Below are positions 1 through 8,372 of a stretch of DNA of 22,643 bases, in pieces. The DNA comes from an uncultured Nitrososphaerota archaeon (GTDB lineage: Archaea > Korarchaeota > Korarchaeia > Korarchaeales > Korarchaeaceae), in NCBI GenBank assembly GCA_964618805.1, contig CAZUBM010000026.1, forward strand, positions 1 through 22,643, written 5' to 3'. Positions within the stretch are counted from its first letter, which is position 1; every line of letters starts with the position of its first letter. A model generated the notes under the pieces. It was not told where the DNA came from and made no database searches. It saw only the letters and a program-made list of their open reading frames with translations. A program made the translations under genes and the position numbers.

Positions 1-206
1 GGCATGTTTATGTCGTTTATTATCTCATTAAGTATGGATATAGCTTTACTGGCTCTAACTCCATAGCTCTGACTTTCATCCCTTAGGGCATCTATAGCCT
101 CTGTAGCAGCCCTTCTAATGTTTTTAGGAACACCTCTATCTTGGGAGATTCTATCTAAGATTTGGACAGCTCTCTCAATCTCTGAAATATATTCTTGCTT
201 TCTCAT
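1..206 (-). CDS. UPF0147 family protein (runs off the window edge, 3' end missing)
   Basis: Manual translation from ATG at 206: MRKQEYISEIERAVQILDRISQDRGVPKNIRRAATEAIDALRDESQSYGVRASKAISILNEIINDINMP. The D-x-x-VP-x-NIR-x-A and D-x-NMP motifs are typical of UPF0147. SD GGGGAGGTGA at 211-220. Not in the ORF track. Confidence 0.9.
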   Translation of the reverse strand, partial: MRKQEYISEIERAVQILDRISQDRGVPKNIRRAATEAIDALRDESQSYGVRASKAISILNEIINDINM

Positions 207-231
207 GATATCACCTCCCCAATTAATGGGA

Positions 232-258
232 ATGTGCTAACAAGTCATCGTAGCACAT
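232..258. repeat. Perfect inverted repeat ATGTGCTA-N11-TAGCACAT (possible operator or 5' leader hairpin)
   Basis: Arms at 232-239 and 251-258, between an AT-rich promoter-like tract (~270-285) and the SD of the UPF0147 gene. Function is inferred. Confidence 0.4.
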
Positions 259-466
259 CGACTTCTGCCTTTAAAATCTTATTTTGCCACTCAGCTCATA
301 GGAGCAGAAAAACCTTTAGCAGTTATAAAGCTATTTTAACGCTATATTTTTAATGCTAGCAACTCTCCTCCATCTGATACTTAAGTTCATGAAGCAGTAA
401 TCTTCTCCTTTAAAGATAACAGGAATAATGAGCGAATGGCGATCATAAGCTCATTTTAAGCCTTAA

Positions 467-877
467 TTATAGTAGCGGTATCCTCTCCACCTCCTTGACC
501 TCATCGAAGTCTTCGTCGTCGCTTATGAGCTTCTTTAGGTTCCTATTTATCGCTGAAGCAACGTGAATAGCGTCGCGCGGCTTGAGCTTGTATCTGTCTA
601 TTAGACTTTGGGCCGTACTCAACACTCTCTTATCCACATCTATGAACTGCAAATTTGGGAAAGCTAGCAATTTCCTACCTTGGTTTACCCCATCTTCTCT
701 ACCTAGCACTCTGCTTACAACCCACACCACTTCATCCCAAGTGAGTGTGGATGTGTATGCCAGCAATTCCCCTCTCTCTATTTTCATCAGGATATCTTTG
801 GATTTCTTAGCTTTCTTCTGAGCTTCAGGGCTGTAAATTACAGGATATATGAAAACGTTCGAGTCAATGTAGGCCAT
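467..877 (-). CDS. vapC: PIN-domain VapC toxin (type II TA)
   Basis: PIN acidic motifs: YIDSNVF, E in TWDEV, PRDAIHVASA, ISDDEDFD. Overlaps the end of the upstream AbrB-type gene. Confidence 0.92.
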   Translation of the reverse strand: MAYIDSNVFIYPVIYSPEAQKKAKKSKDILMKIERGELLAYTSTLTWDEVVWVVSRVLGREDGVNQGRKLLAFPNLQFIDVDKRVLSTAQSLIDRYKLKPRDAIHVASAINRNLKKLISDDEDFDEVKEVERIPLL

Positions 878-1115
878 AATCCTCGGAAGCCTCCTCCAAG
901 ATGATTTTCTTCACATCTACGGGTTTCTTCAACTTGGGTGAGCGGGTGGAGATGTAGTATTCGGTATAGCTCCCCTCTATCTTGGGTTTTGTTATGATCA
1001 CTTCATCGCCCCTGACCTCTATAAGGACCTCGACTCCTGGATGCAAGCCTAAGGCATCCCTTATTGGTTTAGGTATCAGAATCTGCCCCTTTGGACCTAT
1101 CTTCTTTCTTGGCAA
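864..1115 (-). CDS. AbrB/MazE/SpoVT-family antitoxin (VapB-like)
   Basis: KIGPKGQILIPKPIRDALGLHPGVEVLIEVRGDEVIITK is a swapped-hairpin AbrB signature. Start probably TTG at 1115, because the longer ORF start at 1145 abuts the TATA box. Confidence 0.88.
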   Translation of the reverse strand: MPRKKIGPKGQILIPKPIRDALGLHPGVEVLIEVRGDEVIITKPKIEGSYTEYYISTRSPKLKKPVDVKKIILEEASEDYGLH

Positions 1116-1146
1116 GGATAACCCATAGGTTCTAATGTTTAACAAT

Positions 1147-1160
1147 TATTTATACTTTCT
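1147..1160 (-). promoter_or_regulatory. BRE/TATA promoter of the abrB-vapC operon
   Basis: Minus strand reads AGAAAG-TATAAATA about 32-45 nt upstream of the TTG at 1115. A short palindrome AACC-N4-GGTT (1120-1131) lies just before the start. Confidence 0.5.
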
Positions 1161-1379
1161 TACCATATTGTATTACTTTTTCTCAGAAGGGAGGGACGCT
1201 AGACATAAGAGAAGCGATAGAAATTCTCAAATAGGAACATAGAGCTCATTCATTGCGGAGAGCGCTATAAAGAAAGGTTCAGCATGATGCATGTTCAAAC
1301 GTATAGGGTCAGCTAGAATGTGCTAGAAAAAGAGAAGGCTCAAGTAGCAGTAGATTATAAAATCGCAAGGGGGTAATAC

Positions 1380-1763
1380 ATGGGATATCCTTTGGCAGAT
1401 TTACCGCTAGAAGAAAAATCTAGGAGAATTTCAGAGGCCCTTAAAAGAGGATGGAAAATGCTTAGTGAAGTATGTCCCAACTGCGGGGCTCCTTTATTCC
1501 AAACTGATGGCGAAACAATATGTCCAGTCTGTAATGCTAGGTTCATCTTGGTTAAGTCGGATGAAGAGGCTGCTGAAGAGTTATTAAGGTTAAAACTGAT
1601 TGAGCTGAAGGATGTCCTTTCTTCTAAAGTGGAGGAGATCACAAGGGAGATTTCTGAATCAGAAAACTATCAAGACCTTACAATTCTCGTAAACGTGCTA
1701 AATGGCCTCTTGGATGCAATTCATAAGATTAAGAGGATAACTGAGAAAGAGGGAAGTAGATAA
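1380..1763 (+). CDS. UPF0148 / autoantigen p27 (SSSCA1-like) zinc-finger protein
   Basis: L-x-x-G-W-K-M-L-x-x-x-CPNCGAPLF...ICPVC followed by a helical C-terminus. G-rich SD (GGGGGT) upstream. Confidence 0.88.
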   Translation: MGYPLADLPLEEKSRRISEALKRGWKMLSEVCPNCGAPLFQTDGETICPVCNARFILVKSDEEAAEELLRLKLIELKDVLSSKVEEITREISESENYQDLTILVNVLNGLLDAIHKIKRITEKEGSR

Positions 1764-1767
1764 CCCC

Positions 1768-2223
1768 TCACTCAAGAAGGCCAGCTTCCCAAAGCAACAT
1801 GCGTAAGACCGCTTTTGGAGATGTTCTAAATAGGCCATGCCATGGCTTTAGCTCAAGAACGATGAGTCCATCATTGTTCCTTAGAGAAAGGAGGTATTGA
1901 TCGTCAGCTAACCTTATTCTCTTATTTCTTGGCCCGAGATAGTAGTAAGAGAATGTGAGCAGGAAATCAGCAGAAACTCTGTTCCCAAAGATGAATTCTA
2001 CTGAAATTTTTGCAATCCTACTGCTATCGATTTTTGAATATCCGCAGCCATCGTTAACCCTTATAGAAATCTTTCTGTAGACGTACTTGTTTTCCCTCTT
2101 GGAGGAGATGCCCGTAAGCATGAGATCAACGCATCCATCTATTTGCAGTAAGCCGAAAAGAAACCTCACGAAACACTCCTCTTCTCTCCCCAGATTGAAA
2201 CTGTGGACCTCTGTAGCCCTCAC
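1768..2223 (-). CDS. Hypothetical protein, translationally coupled to hef
   Basis: 151-aa ORF. Its GTG start overlaps the hef stop (GTGA) and follows GAGGA. It fills the gap to the convergent UPF0148 gene. No family recognised. Confidence 0.7.
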   Translation of the reverse strand: MRATEVHSFNLGREEECFVRFLFGLLQIDGCVDLMLTGISSKRENKYVYRKISIRVNDGCGYSKIDSSRIAKISVEFIFGNRVSADFLLTFSYYYLGPRNKRIRLADDQYLLSLRNNDGLIVLELKPWHGLFRTSPKAVLRMLLWEAGLLE

Positions 2224-4472
2224 TTTTCCTCACCGTACTCCTTGTTTGCAAATTCAACTATTCTTTTGGCAATTAGAGGCCCAACTCCCTCAACTGATTG
2301 CAATTCCTCTTCTGAAGCGGAGAAAATTCTCTTCAACGTGCCAAATGAGCTTAACAAATTTCTAGCAATAACTATCCCAACTCCAGGAATTCCGGTAAGT
2401 ATTCTTTCCAAAATAGCCTTTTCATCTACTGCCGGAGGATGTTTAACTTCAGGAATTACCCTTCTATCGCTTTGCTCCCTTATTGCCAATAATCTAATTA
2501 GCTCCGCGCTTTCTTCAGGGTTATTTGCCCAAAGGATTGGTAAACCGCTGGCTACCAGGCTTGATACCAATCCCATCAATGATCTAGGGTTAACACCTCT
2601 TTTCTTTGATCTATATGGCGTTTCGCCTTCGATAAGGAGGATTGGCTTCTTGTATGTTGCTCTTAGCCTTTTTATCTGATCAAATATCCTTCCATCGACC
2701 AAAGAAGATGCTAGATCGTCTACAGTCTTCCTTTCTATTGCAATCTCATCGCTAACTATGTAGTCACCAATCTCCAATCTAGAAACGCTTATTTTTACAT
2801 CAGGATAGGATGCAAGCTTCCTGACCACTTCCCCACCTAGCTCCCTTACATCTACCCTTACAACCACCTCAAGCTTCCTTTCGCCTGGGGGCTCCTGCTT
2901 TTCCTCAGCGGAAAACTCTTCCAAAGTCGGGTGTCTTTCCCTCTCTTTTACTATATTACTCACTTCCTGGAGGGCTTTCATGATTTTCCTCTCTTTTACG
3001 ACAGTTGACCAGTAAAAGGACTCCTCTCTCTTACCAGATATCAAAACAACGACTTTTCCCGGTCTTACTCTCCCAGTCCTTCCTCTCCTCTGAATGTGCC
3101 TTATTACGGAGGGTACTGCATCATAAAAAACTACTAGATCAACCTCTGGTATGTCAAGGCCTTCTTCTCCAACGCTTGTGGCGATTAACAGGTTGTACTT
3201 CCCTGAAGAAAAGTCCTGAAGTATTCTTCTCTGCTCCTCTTGACTCATCCCTTTTAATTCCTCTCTTCTAGCTTGACCAATGAACAGCGAGGCTTTAACC
3301 CCAGCTTCTTCAGCTAAATACTGTAACACCGTTTCAGCCGTTTTCCTGTAATTTACGAATATTATTCCCCTTTTCCCAAGCTTTATCCCTTCTTTATCGA
3401 TTATAGAAACCAGTTCCTTTAATTTTGGATGAACACTCCCTTTTGGAAGGGAATTAAGCCACCTCCATGCTTTAATAACCCTCCAGTCTTCTAAGAGGAG
3501 CCTATCAGATGCCGTCCTCCTCCTTCTCCTGATGACCTTTTCTAGGTATCTTCTGGCAGGCTCTGGCCCCTGGGTTTCCAATAAGTCCATGAAGTAGTGG
3601 AGCTTTATCAGGGCAGCTACTAAAGCGGATGCAAACCTGTCCTCCATTCGTGTAACGGTCTCGATTCTCAGCCGAAGCAAGTCCTTTAGCCTGACGTAGT
3701 CCTTCTTTCCTAGCTCCATTATCCCTCTTTCTTCGAGCTTCCCAAGTAGATCTCTATAAAATGACCTTAGCTCATCCAAGATGGATCTATAATCTTCCGG
3801 AAGGGGAACCCTGATCCAATCTATCCTCAATTTTGCTACATATTTTCTCACATCAGGGCTCGTTCTGGATCTAACTTCTACGTGTTTTATTTTGAGGTTG
3901 TTGATTATCTCCAAAATCTTCTCCTTACTGCTTCCTGGAGAAGCGGTAAGTCCTAATATCCTTGGATTCTTTGCTCTATCCATGTAATGTTTTGCTATGA
4001 GCGTGTAAGGGTAGTCTCCAACAGCCCTGTGAGCTTCATCGAAGACTAATAAAACGAAGTCCGAAAGGTCCAGCCTCCCTGTAAGAATGTCGTTTTCAAC
4101 CGTTTGTGGAGTAGCCGAAAAAACTCTTCCTGAAGCCCAAAGATCAACCCTCTTCTCTGGCGCAACAGCGCCAGTTATCAAAACAATGCGTTCTCCCTCA
4201 ATATTCAGGACTTCAGAGAAAAAACGGTGGTGTTGCATTGCAAGAGGTCTGGTAGGGGCTAATATCATCGCTTTTCCATTAGGAAACTTCTGCAACCTAT
4301 ATGCCATTACCATCGCGGCTATCGAGGTTTTTCCTAACCCAGTAGGAAGTACGACTAGCGTGTTCTCCTCAATAGCTCTTGCTGAAATGAATTGCTGATA
4401 TAACCTTGCTTCTAGCTTTCCTGGTTTAATGAGCGGATGCTGAACGAAGTTTTCATTTGATCTATCTTCCAT
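2220..4472 (-). CDS. hef: Hef (FANCM/Mph1-like SF2 helicase fused to ERCC4/XPF nuclease and HhH2)
   Basis: PTGLGKT, DEAH, TAS, GEEGLDIP and QRRGRTGR helicase motifs; GDY...ERKTVDD nuclease motif; IPGVG/VEGVG HhH pair. Start probably ATG 4472 (ORF open to 4529). Confidence 0.95.
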   Translation of the reverse strand: MEDRSNENFVQHPLIKPGKLEARLYQQFISARAIEENTLVVLPTGLGKTSIAAMVMAYRLQKFPNGKAMILAPTRPLAMQHHRFFSEVLNIEGERIVLITGAVAPEKRVDLWASGRVFSATPQTVENDILTGRLDLSDFVLLVFDEAHRAVGDYPYTLIAKHYMDRAKNPRILGLTASPGSSKEKILEIINNLKIKHVEVRSRTSPDVRKYVAKLRIDWIRVPLPEDYRSILDELRSFYRDLLGKLEERGIMELGKKDYVRLKDLLRLRIETVTRMEDRFASALVAALIKLHYFMDLLETQGPEPARRYLEKVIRRRRRTASDRLLLEDWRVIKAWRWLNSLPKGSVHPKLKELVSIIDKEGIKLGKRGIIFVNYRKTAETVLQYLAEEAGVKASLFIGQARREELKGMSQEEQRRILQDFSSGKYNLLIATSVGEEGLDIPEVDLVVFYDAVPSVIRHIQRRGRTGRVRPGKVVVLISGKREESFYWSTVVKERKIMKALQEVSNIVKERERHPTLEEFSAEEKQEPPGERKLEVVVRVDVRELGGEVVRKLASYPDVKISVSRLEIGDYIVSDEIAIERKTVDDLASSLVDGRIFDQIKRLRATYKKPILLIEGETPYRSKKRGVNPRSLMGLVSSLVASGLPILWANNPEESAELIRLLAIREQSDRRVIPEVKHPPAVDEKAILERILTGIPGVGIVIARNLLSSFGTLKRIFSASEEELQSVEGVGPLIAKRIVEFANKEYGEEK

Positions 4473-4576
4473 ATACAAGCTATTCTTTCTAGCCCTTTGC
4501 TCTTTTAAACTAAATCGGCAACATTGCATTTCTTTTAAACCACTTCATCGCAATGAGTGGGCATTAAATTCAAAAT

Positions 4577-5005
4577 TTAGGACAAACCCTTCAAGTACTC
4601 TTCATACTCCTCTTGAGTTAACAAATCCTTTATCTCTGCATCTAGATTAGTGGCCTCCATTTCGATAAGCCAGCCTTCGCCGTAAGGGTCTTCTGTTATT
4701 CTCTCAAGTTCTCCTACGACAAAGGCCTCTTCCTTCTCTTCCGTAACACCTGCCTCCTTGTTAACTGCAGTTATCCTTCCGCTAACCGGAGAATAGAGGT
4801 ACTCAGCTGCCTTTGCACTTTCTATGACGCCAAAAGGCTCACCCTTCTTAATTTCAGTTCCAACAGGTTTTACTTCAACGCTTGTGAGGTCTCCTAACTG
4901 ATGAGCAGCGTAATGAGTTATTCCTACGCGAACTACATTTCCAGAAACTATAGATAACCACTCGTGTGTCTTTGTATAATATCTGTCCTTCGGAACTTCT
5001 CCCAA
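4577..5005 (-). CDS. gcvH: Glycine cleavage system H protein (lipoyl carrier)
   Basis: YTKTHEW, VGITHYA..QLGD, ESAKA (lipoyl-Lys), SPVSG, DPYGEGW. Start probably TTG 5005 after GAGGTGGGAG (ORF open to 5035). Confidence 0.93.
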   Translation of the reverse strand: MGEVPKDRYYTKTHEWLSIVSGNVVRVGITHYAAHQLGDLTSVEVKPVGTEIKKGEPFGVIESAKAAEYLYSPVSGRITAVNKEAGVTEEKEEAFVVGELERITEDPYGEGWLIEMEATNLDAEIKDLLTQEEYEEYLKGLS

Positions 5006-5058
5006 GTTACTCCCACCTCTTCCGTTTGATTTCATGAAACAAATAAAACTTACCGATC

Positions 5059-5997
5059 CTAACTAACAGGAACTATTCCTGCTTTTTCTATTGCAAATAT
5101 GGCCTCTCCTTCCTCTAAATAGGAAGAATCAACTATTCTGATGAGCCTTCTGTTTCCCTTCAACCTCCTTATCAAGAGCACCAAATTAGGAAGGTGACCC
5201 AATACAAAGCCTCCTGCTGGCTTGTATTTCTCAATTTCAACTCCTCTATTAATCCTACCAACAACCTGGTTTGTCAGGAATACGATCGCTCCTCTATCAC
5301 AGCCCTTCTTTAGGACCCTCATTAGCTCCTTAACAGCCTGTTGTCTGAGAGATAGCTCCTTTATTCCCTGAAATTCCAACCTGAATGGAGATAAAAGCGA
5401 ATCTATTACTATTAGCCCGATGTTTTCCTTCTTAATCAAATCAACTGCCCTTTCTGCAGCTATAAATAGCTCATGTGTGCTCCCTACGCCAGCATAAAAT
5501 ATGCCATCCATTATCCTCTTAGGCTCCAATCCCCTAAGGCTACACATCTCACTTATCCTCTTAGGCGAAAAGCCCCTTTCGGTGTCTATGTAAAAGACCT
5601 TCGAGCCAAGGCCTCCCCTTTCCTCCTCAAGCCTTGCATTTATTGTGATGTGCATGGCCATCTGGGTTTTTCCGGATGCAGGCCTTCCATAAAGCTCAAC
5701 CAATGTGCCTTGCTCCAATCCCCCACCTAAAAGCTCGTCAACCTCCCTAACTCCTATCTTCAACCGCTTTTTATGCGTTCTTACCTTCGAGGCAGGTTTT
5801 ATTTCAACGTACATAGAGCCTATTACCCTCAAAATCTTTCTAGCAGTCCTGATATCAACTTTTAATCTCTCAACAAGCTCTGATCCAGTCATGTAGCGAA
5901 CTTCATCTATTCCAATGCTAAACAAACGGTCTATCACCTTGGGAGATATGCCTGATTCTAGCAAAGCCTCTCTTATGTTTTCAACCCTAAGATCCAC
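5059..5997 (-). CDS. DNA repair/recombination protein RadA-like (divergent RadA/Rad51 paralog with N-terminal helical domain)
   Basis: VDELLGGG, Walker A GRPASGKT, GGL..KVFYIDTE, Walker B LIVIDS, TNQV, PAGG..LGH, DSSYL.EGEA.F.I...GI. Start probably GTG 5997 after GGGGGAG (ORF open to 6045). Confidence 0.85.
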   Translation of the reverse strand: MDLRVENIREALLESGISPKVIDRLFSIGIDEVRYMTGSELVERLKVDIRTARKILRVIGSMYVEIKPASKVRTHKKRLKIGVREVDELLGGGLEQGTLVELYGRPASGKTQMAMHITINARLEEERGGLGSKVFYIDTERGFSPKRISEMCSLRGLEPKRIMDGIFYAGVGSTHELFIAAERAVDLIKKENIGLIVIDSLLSPFRLEFQGIKELSLRQQAVKELMRVLKKGCDRGAIVFLTNQVVGRINRGVEIEKYKPAGGFVLGHLPNLVLLIRRLKGNRRLIRIVDSSYLEEGEAIFAIEKAGIVPVS

Positions 5998-6472
5998 CCG
6001 AACTCCCCCCAAACAGAACGATATCTTTGATCCTATTCGTCCCATAGTGGATTATGGGTGTTATAACCAACAGGAGGAGGAAAGTTTTCAGGGTAAGAGG
6101 CTCGATTAGGTTCGATATAATAAGAGCGAAGACAAGAAAACCCTCCTCATCAAGTACGGGCGTCCATTGACCCGGTTTCCTCTTAAGACGTCTTTTCAAG
6201 AAGGAACTCATTAAATCACCTAACAAAGCACCTAAACTCTGGAAAAAGCCGATAAAGTCCCTTCCCTGCATGGCTCCTATGATAGTACCAACTAATAGAC
6301 CAGCAAGTAGGCCTCTAAATGTTTTATGGTCTCCAAATATCCTCTCCCCATCCATCCATTTTAAGCCAAGATCTAAAGGCTTCCCCCCTCCTAATATGAC
6401 AGGAGTGGCATTGGCGAAGTAAGCTGGCAGTATATACCATAACGCAAAAGCCAGGCTGTTTAGATCAGTCAT
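5987..6472 (-). CDS. carS: CDP-archaeol synthase (CDP-2,3-bis-O-geranylgeranyl-sn-glycerol synthase)
   Basis: PAYFANATPV..GGG.PLD.G....DG.RIFGDHKT.RG and GALLGDL.SSFLKRRL....G...P.LD motifs; hydrophobic helices. Confidence 0.93.
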   Translation of the reverse strand: MTDLNSLAFALWYILPAYFANATPVILGGGKPLDLGLKWMDGERIFGDHKTFRGLLAGLLVGTIIGAMQGRDFIGFFQSLGALLGDLMSSFLKRRLKRKPGQWTPVLDEEGFLVFALIISNLIEPLTLKTFLLLLVITPIIHYGTNRIKDIVLFGGSSGGS

Positions 6473-6487
6473 CTTGACTTCGTTAAT

Positions 6488-7120
6488 TTATGGATCAAGC
6501 CTGAAGATAATCTTACTGATCTCACCACCCTCACCTTCTACCTCAAATTCAAACAAGTTACCCTTAGTTTTACACAACCTGATGCTAGTCGATGCAATTT
6601 TTTTAAGAGGAGTTCCGCCTAATGGCTCTCCAGTTGACCTCTCCTTCGTAACTATGAAAACTGTTTGACTCGAATTTTGGGAGACGTACCTCAGATATGC
6701 CGCTTGAAAAATGAGTTCTCTATGAAGCTTCATGTAACGCTTGATATCGTCCCTAATTTTGAAAAGCTGAAGGAGATAGGGGAAAGTAAATTCGTCAAAA
6801 ACGAATTTTTTGAACTCTTTTGGTATAAGACCAAACCTTAGGATCCACTTCTTCTGTTCCCTCCAATCCCTTATTGGCACCCTGAAAACCCTTTTAACGA
6901 ACTTTTCCCCAACTTTTGGACCTAAACGCCTGAAAACTTCTATTGCGTTAGAAGAATCGTATAGTAGAACCTTATCATTGGATGAAACTGTCTTTGAGAG
7001 GAGATACATGACCAAAGTGCTTTTGCCGGATCCTTCTGGTCCGTAGACCAGCACTAATCCAGGAGTACTTAGCATCTTCATGAGTTCTTCTGGTAGATCT
7101 TCTTTTACCACTCGTTTCAT
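6488..7120 (-). CDS. RadB-like RecA-superfamily ATPase (core domain only, divergent)
   Basis: Walker A VYGPEGSGKST, Walker B FVFDE, PLGG..L......IRL loop. 210 aa with no N-terminal domain. Confidence 0.7.
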   Translation of the reverse strand: MKRVVKEDLPEELMKMLSTPGLVLVYGPEGSGKSTLVMYLLSKTVSSNDKVLLYDSSNAIEVFRRLGPKVGEKFVKRVFRVPIRDWREQKKWILRFGLIPKEFKKFVFDEFTFPYLLQLFKIRDDIKRYMKLHRELIFQAAYLRYVSQNSSQTVFIVTKERSTGEPLGGTPLKKIASTSIRLCKTKGNLFEFEVEGEGGEISKIIFRLDP

Positions 7121-7214
7121 GGCAAGGCCCCTTCTAAATGCTTAAGCCTAAGGCTTGAGGATAAGAGACTCACATGTCTCTATCAATTAACTCTCCTAAT
7201 TTTAAAGGAGACTC

Positions 7215-8366
7215 ATGAAAAATTATTCCCAGGGCAACGATATGGGAAAACCTGAGAAGGCACTAGGCTTCATAATCAATCCTATAGCTGGACTAGGGGG
7301 TCCTGCAGGATTTAAGGGGACAGATCGACCTGATATAGTTGAAAAAGCTTTAAGAATGGGCATTAAGCCAAGAGCTCCTTCAAGAGGGTTCATTGCCCTT
7401 TCAAAGCTTTCCAAGCTAAACATAAAGGTCCTAGTACCTCCAAAGGAAATGGGATATGTTGTTGCTAAAAGGATATTCCCTCCAGAATGCATAGAAACGA
7501 TAAATTTGGAGCTTCCAAGTAGAACCTCTGCTATACACACTAAAATTGCTGCTAAAGAGATACTGAGGAGAAAGGTGGATTTGCTCATGTTTGTAGGAGG
7601 GGATGGAACAGCTAAAGATGTATTAGATGTTGTTGGGACGAAAATTCCAACGATAGGAGTTCCAGCCGGAGTTAAAATATTCTCAGCAGTTTTCGGCGTT
7701 ACCCCATCTCGCTCTGGTGAAGTTGCAAGGAAGTTCCTATCCGAAGGTCTACCTCTAAAGCTTGCTGAGGTCGTTGACATCGATGAAGAAGCGTACAGGT
7801 CGGATAAGCTTGTGATTAAGTTGTACGGTTACTTAAGGGTGCCCTATGAACCCTCTCTTGTACAATCCTCAAAGCATCCATCTCCAACGACTGAGGAGGA
7901 AGAGCTCGCAAGGCAAGCCATCGCCAAGTACGTCATCGAGGAGATGAAACCGGGAACGATATACATACTAGGCCCAGGACTTACCGTTTCTGAGATCGCT
8001 AAACAGCTTGGCTTCGAAAAGACCCTCCTAGGGGTGGATGTGATCCTTAACTTCAAATTGATAGCAAGAGACGTCAATGAGATCCAGCTAAATCACCTTG
8101 TTTCAAAGCATAAGGGTCCCGTCAAAATCATTCTATCTCCTTTAGGGGGATCAGGCATGTTGCTTGGTAGAGGAAACCAACAAATTGGGGATGCCGTTCT
8201 ATCTAGGATAAACAAGCAAGATCTAATTGTTGTAGCAACTAGATCAAAGCTTCATGGCCTAAGATCTATAAAGCTTGATTTAGAAGGAGAGTTAGCGCGT
8301 AAGTTCTCTGGATACCACCGAGTGATAACTGGTTATAGGGAAGAGGAGTTAGTAGTTATAGAGTGA
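7215..8366 (+). CDS. ATP-NAD kinase-like / AcoX family protein (COG3199)
   Basis: NPIAGLGG..G.KGTD, GGDGT, G.PAGVKI.S.VF, TLLGVD and GRGNQQ motifs. AGGAG SD before the ATG. Confidence 0.85.
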   Translation: MKNYSQGNDMGKPEKALGFIINPIAGLGGPAGFKGTDRPDIVEKALRMGIKPRAPSRGFIALSKLSKLNIKVLVPPKEMGYVVAKRIFPPECIETINLELPSRTSAIHTKIAAKEILRRKVDLLMFVGGDGTAKDVLDVVGTKIPTIGVPAGVKIFSAVFGVTPSRSGEVARKFLSEGLPLKLAEVVDIDEEAYRSDKLVIKLYGYLRVPYEPSLVQSSKHPSPTTEEEELARQAIAKYVIEEMKPGTIYILGPGLTVSEIAKQLGFEKTLLGVDVILNFKLIARDVNEIQLNHLVSKHKGPVKIILSPLGGSGMLLGRGNQQIGDAVLSRINKQDLIVVATRSKLHGLRSIKLDLEGELARKFSGYHRVITGYREEELVVIE

Positions 8367-8372
8367 TCTAGA

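Noticed and set aside
1151-1234. Possible HicB remnant (LPYCITFSQKGGTLDIREAIEILK)
   Set aside because: Short, no start or SD, overlaps the TA promoter, and motif spacing is wrong. The resemblance may be chance.
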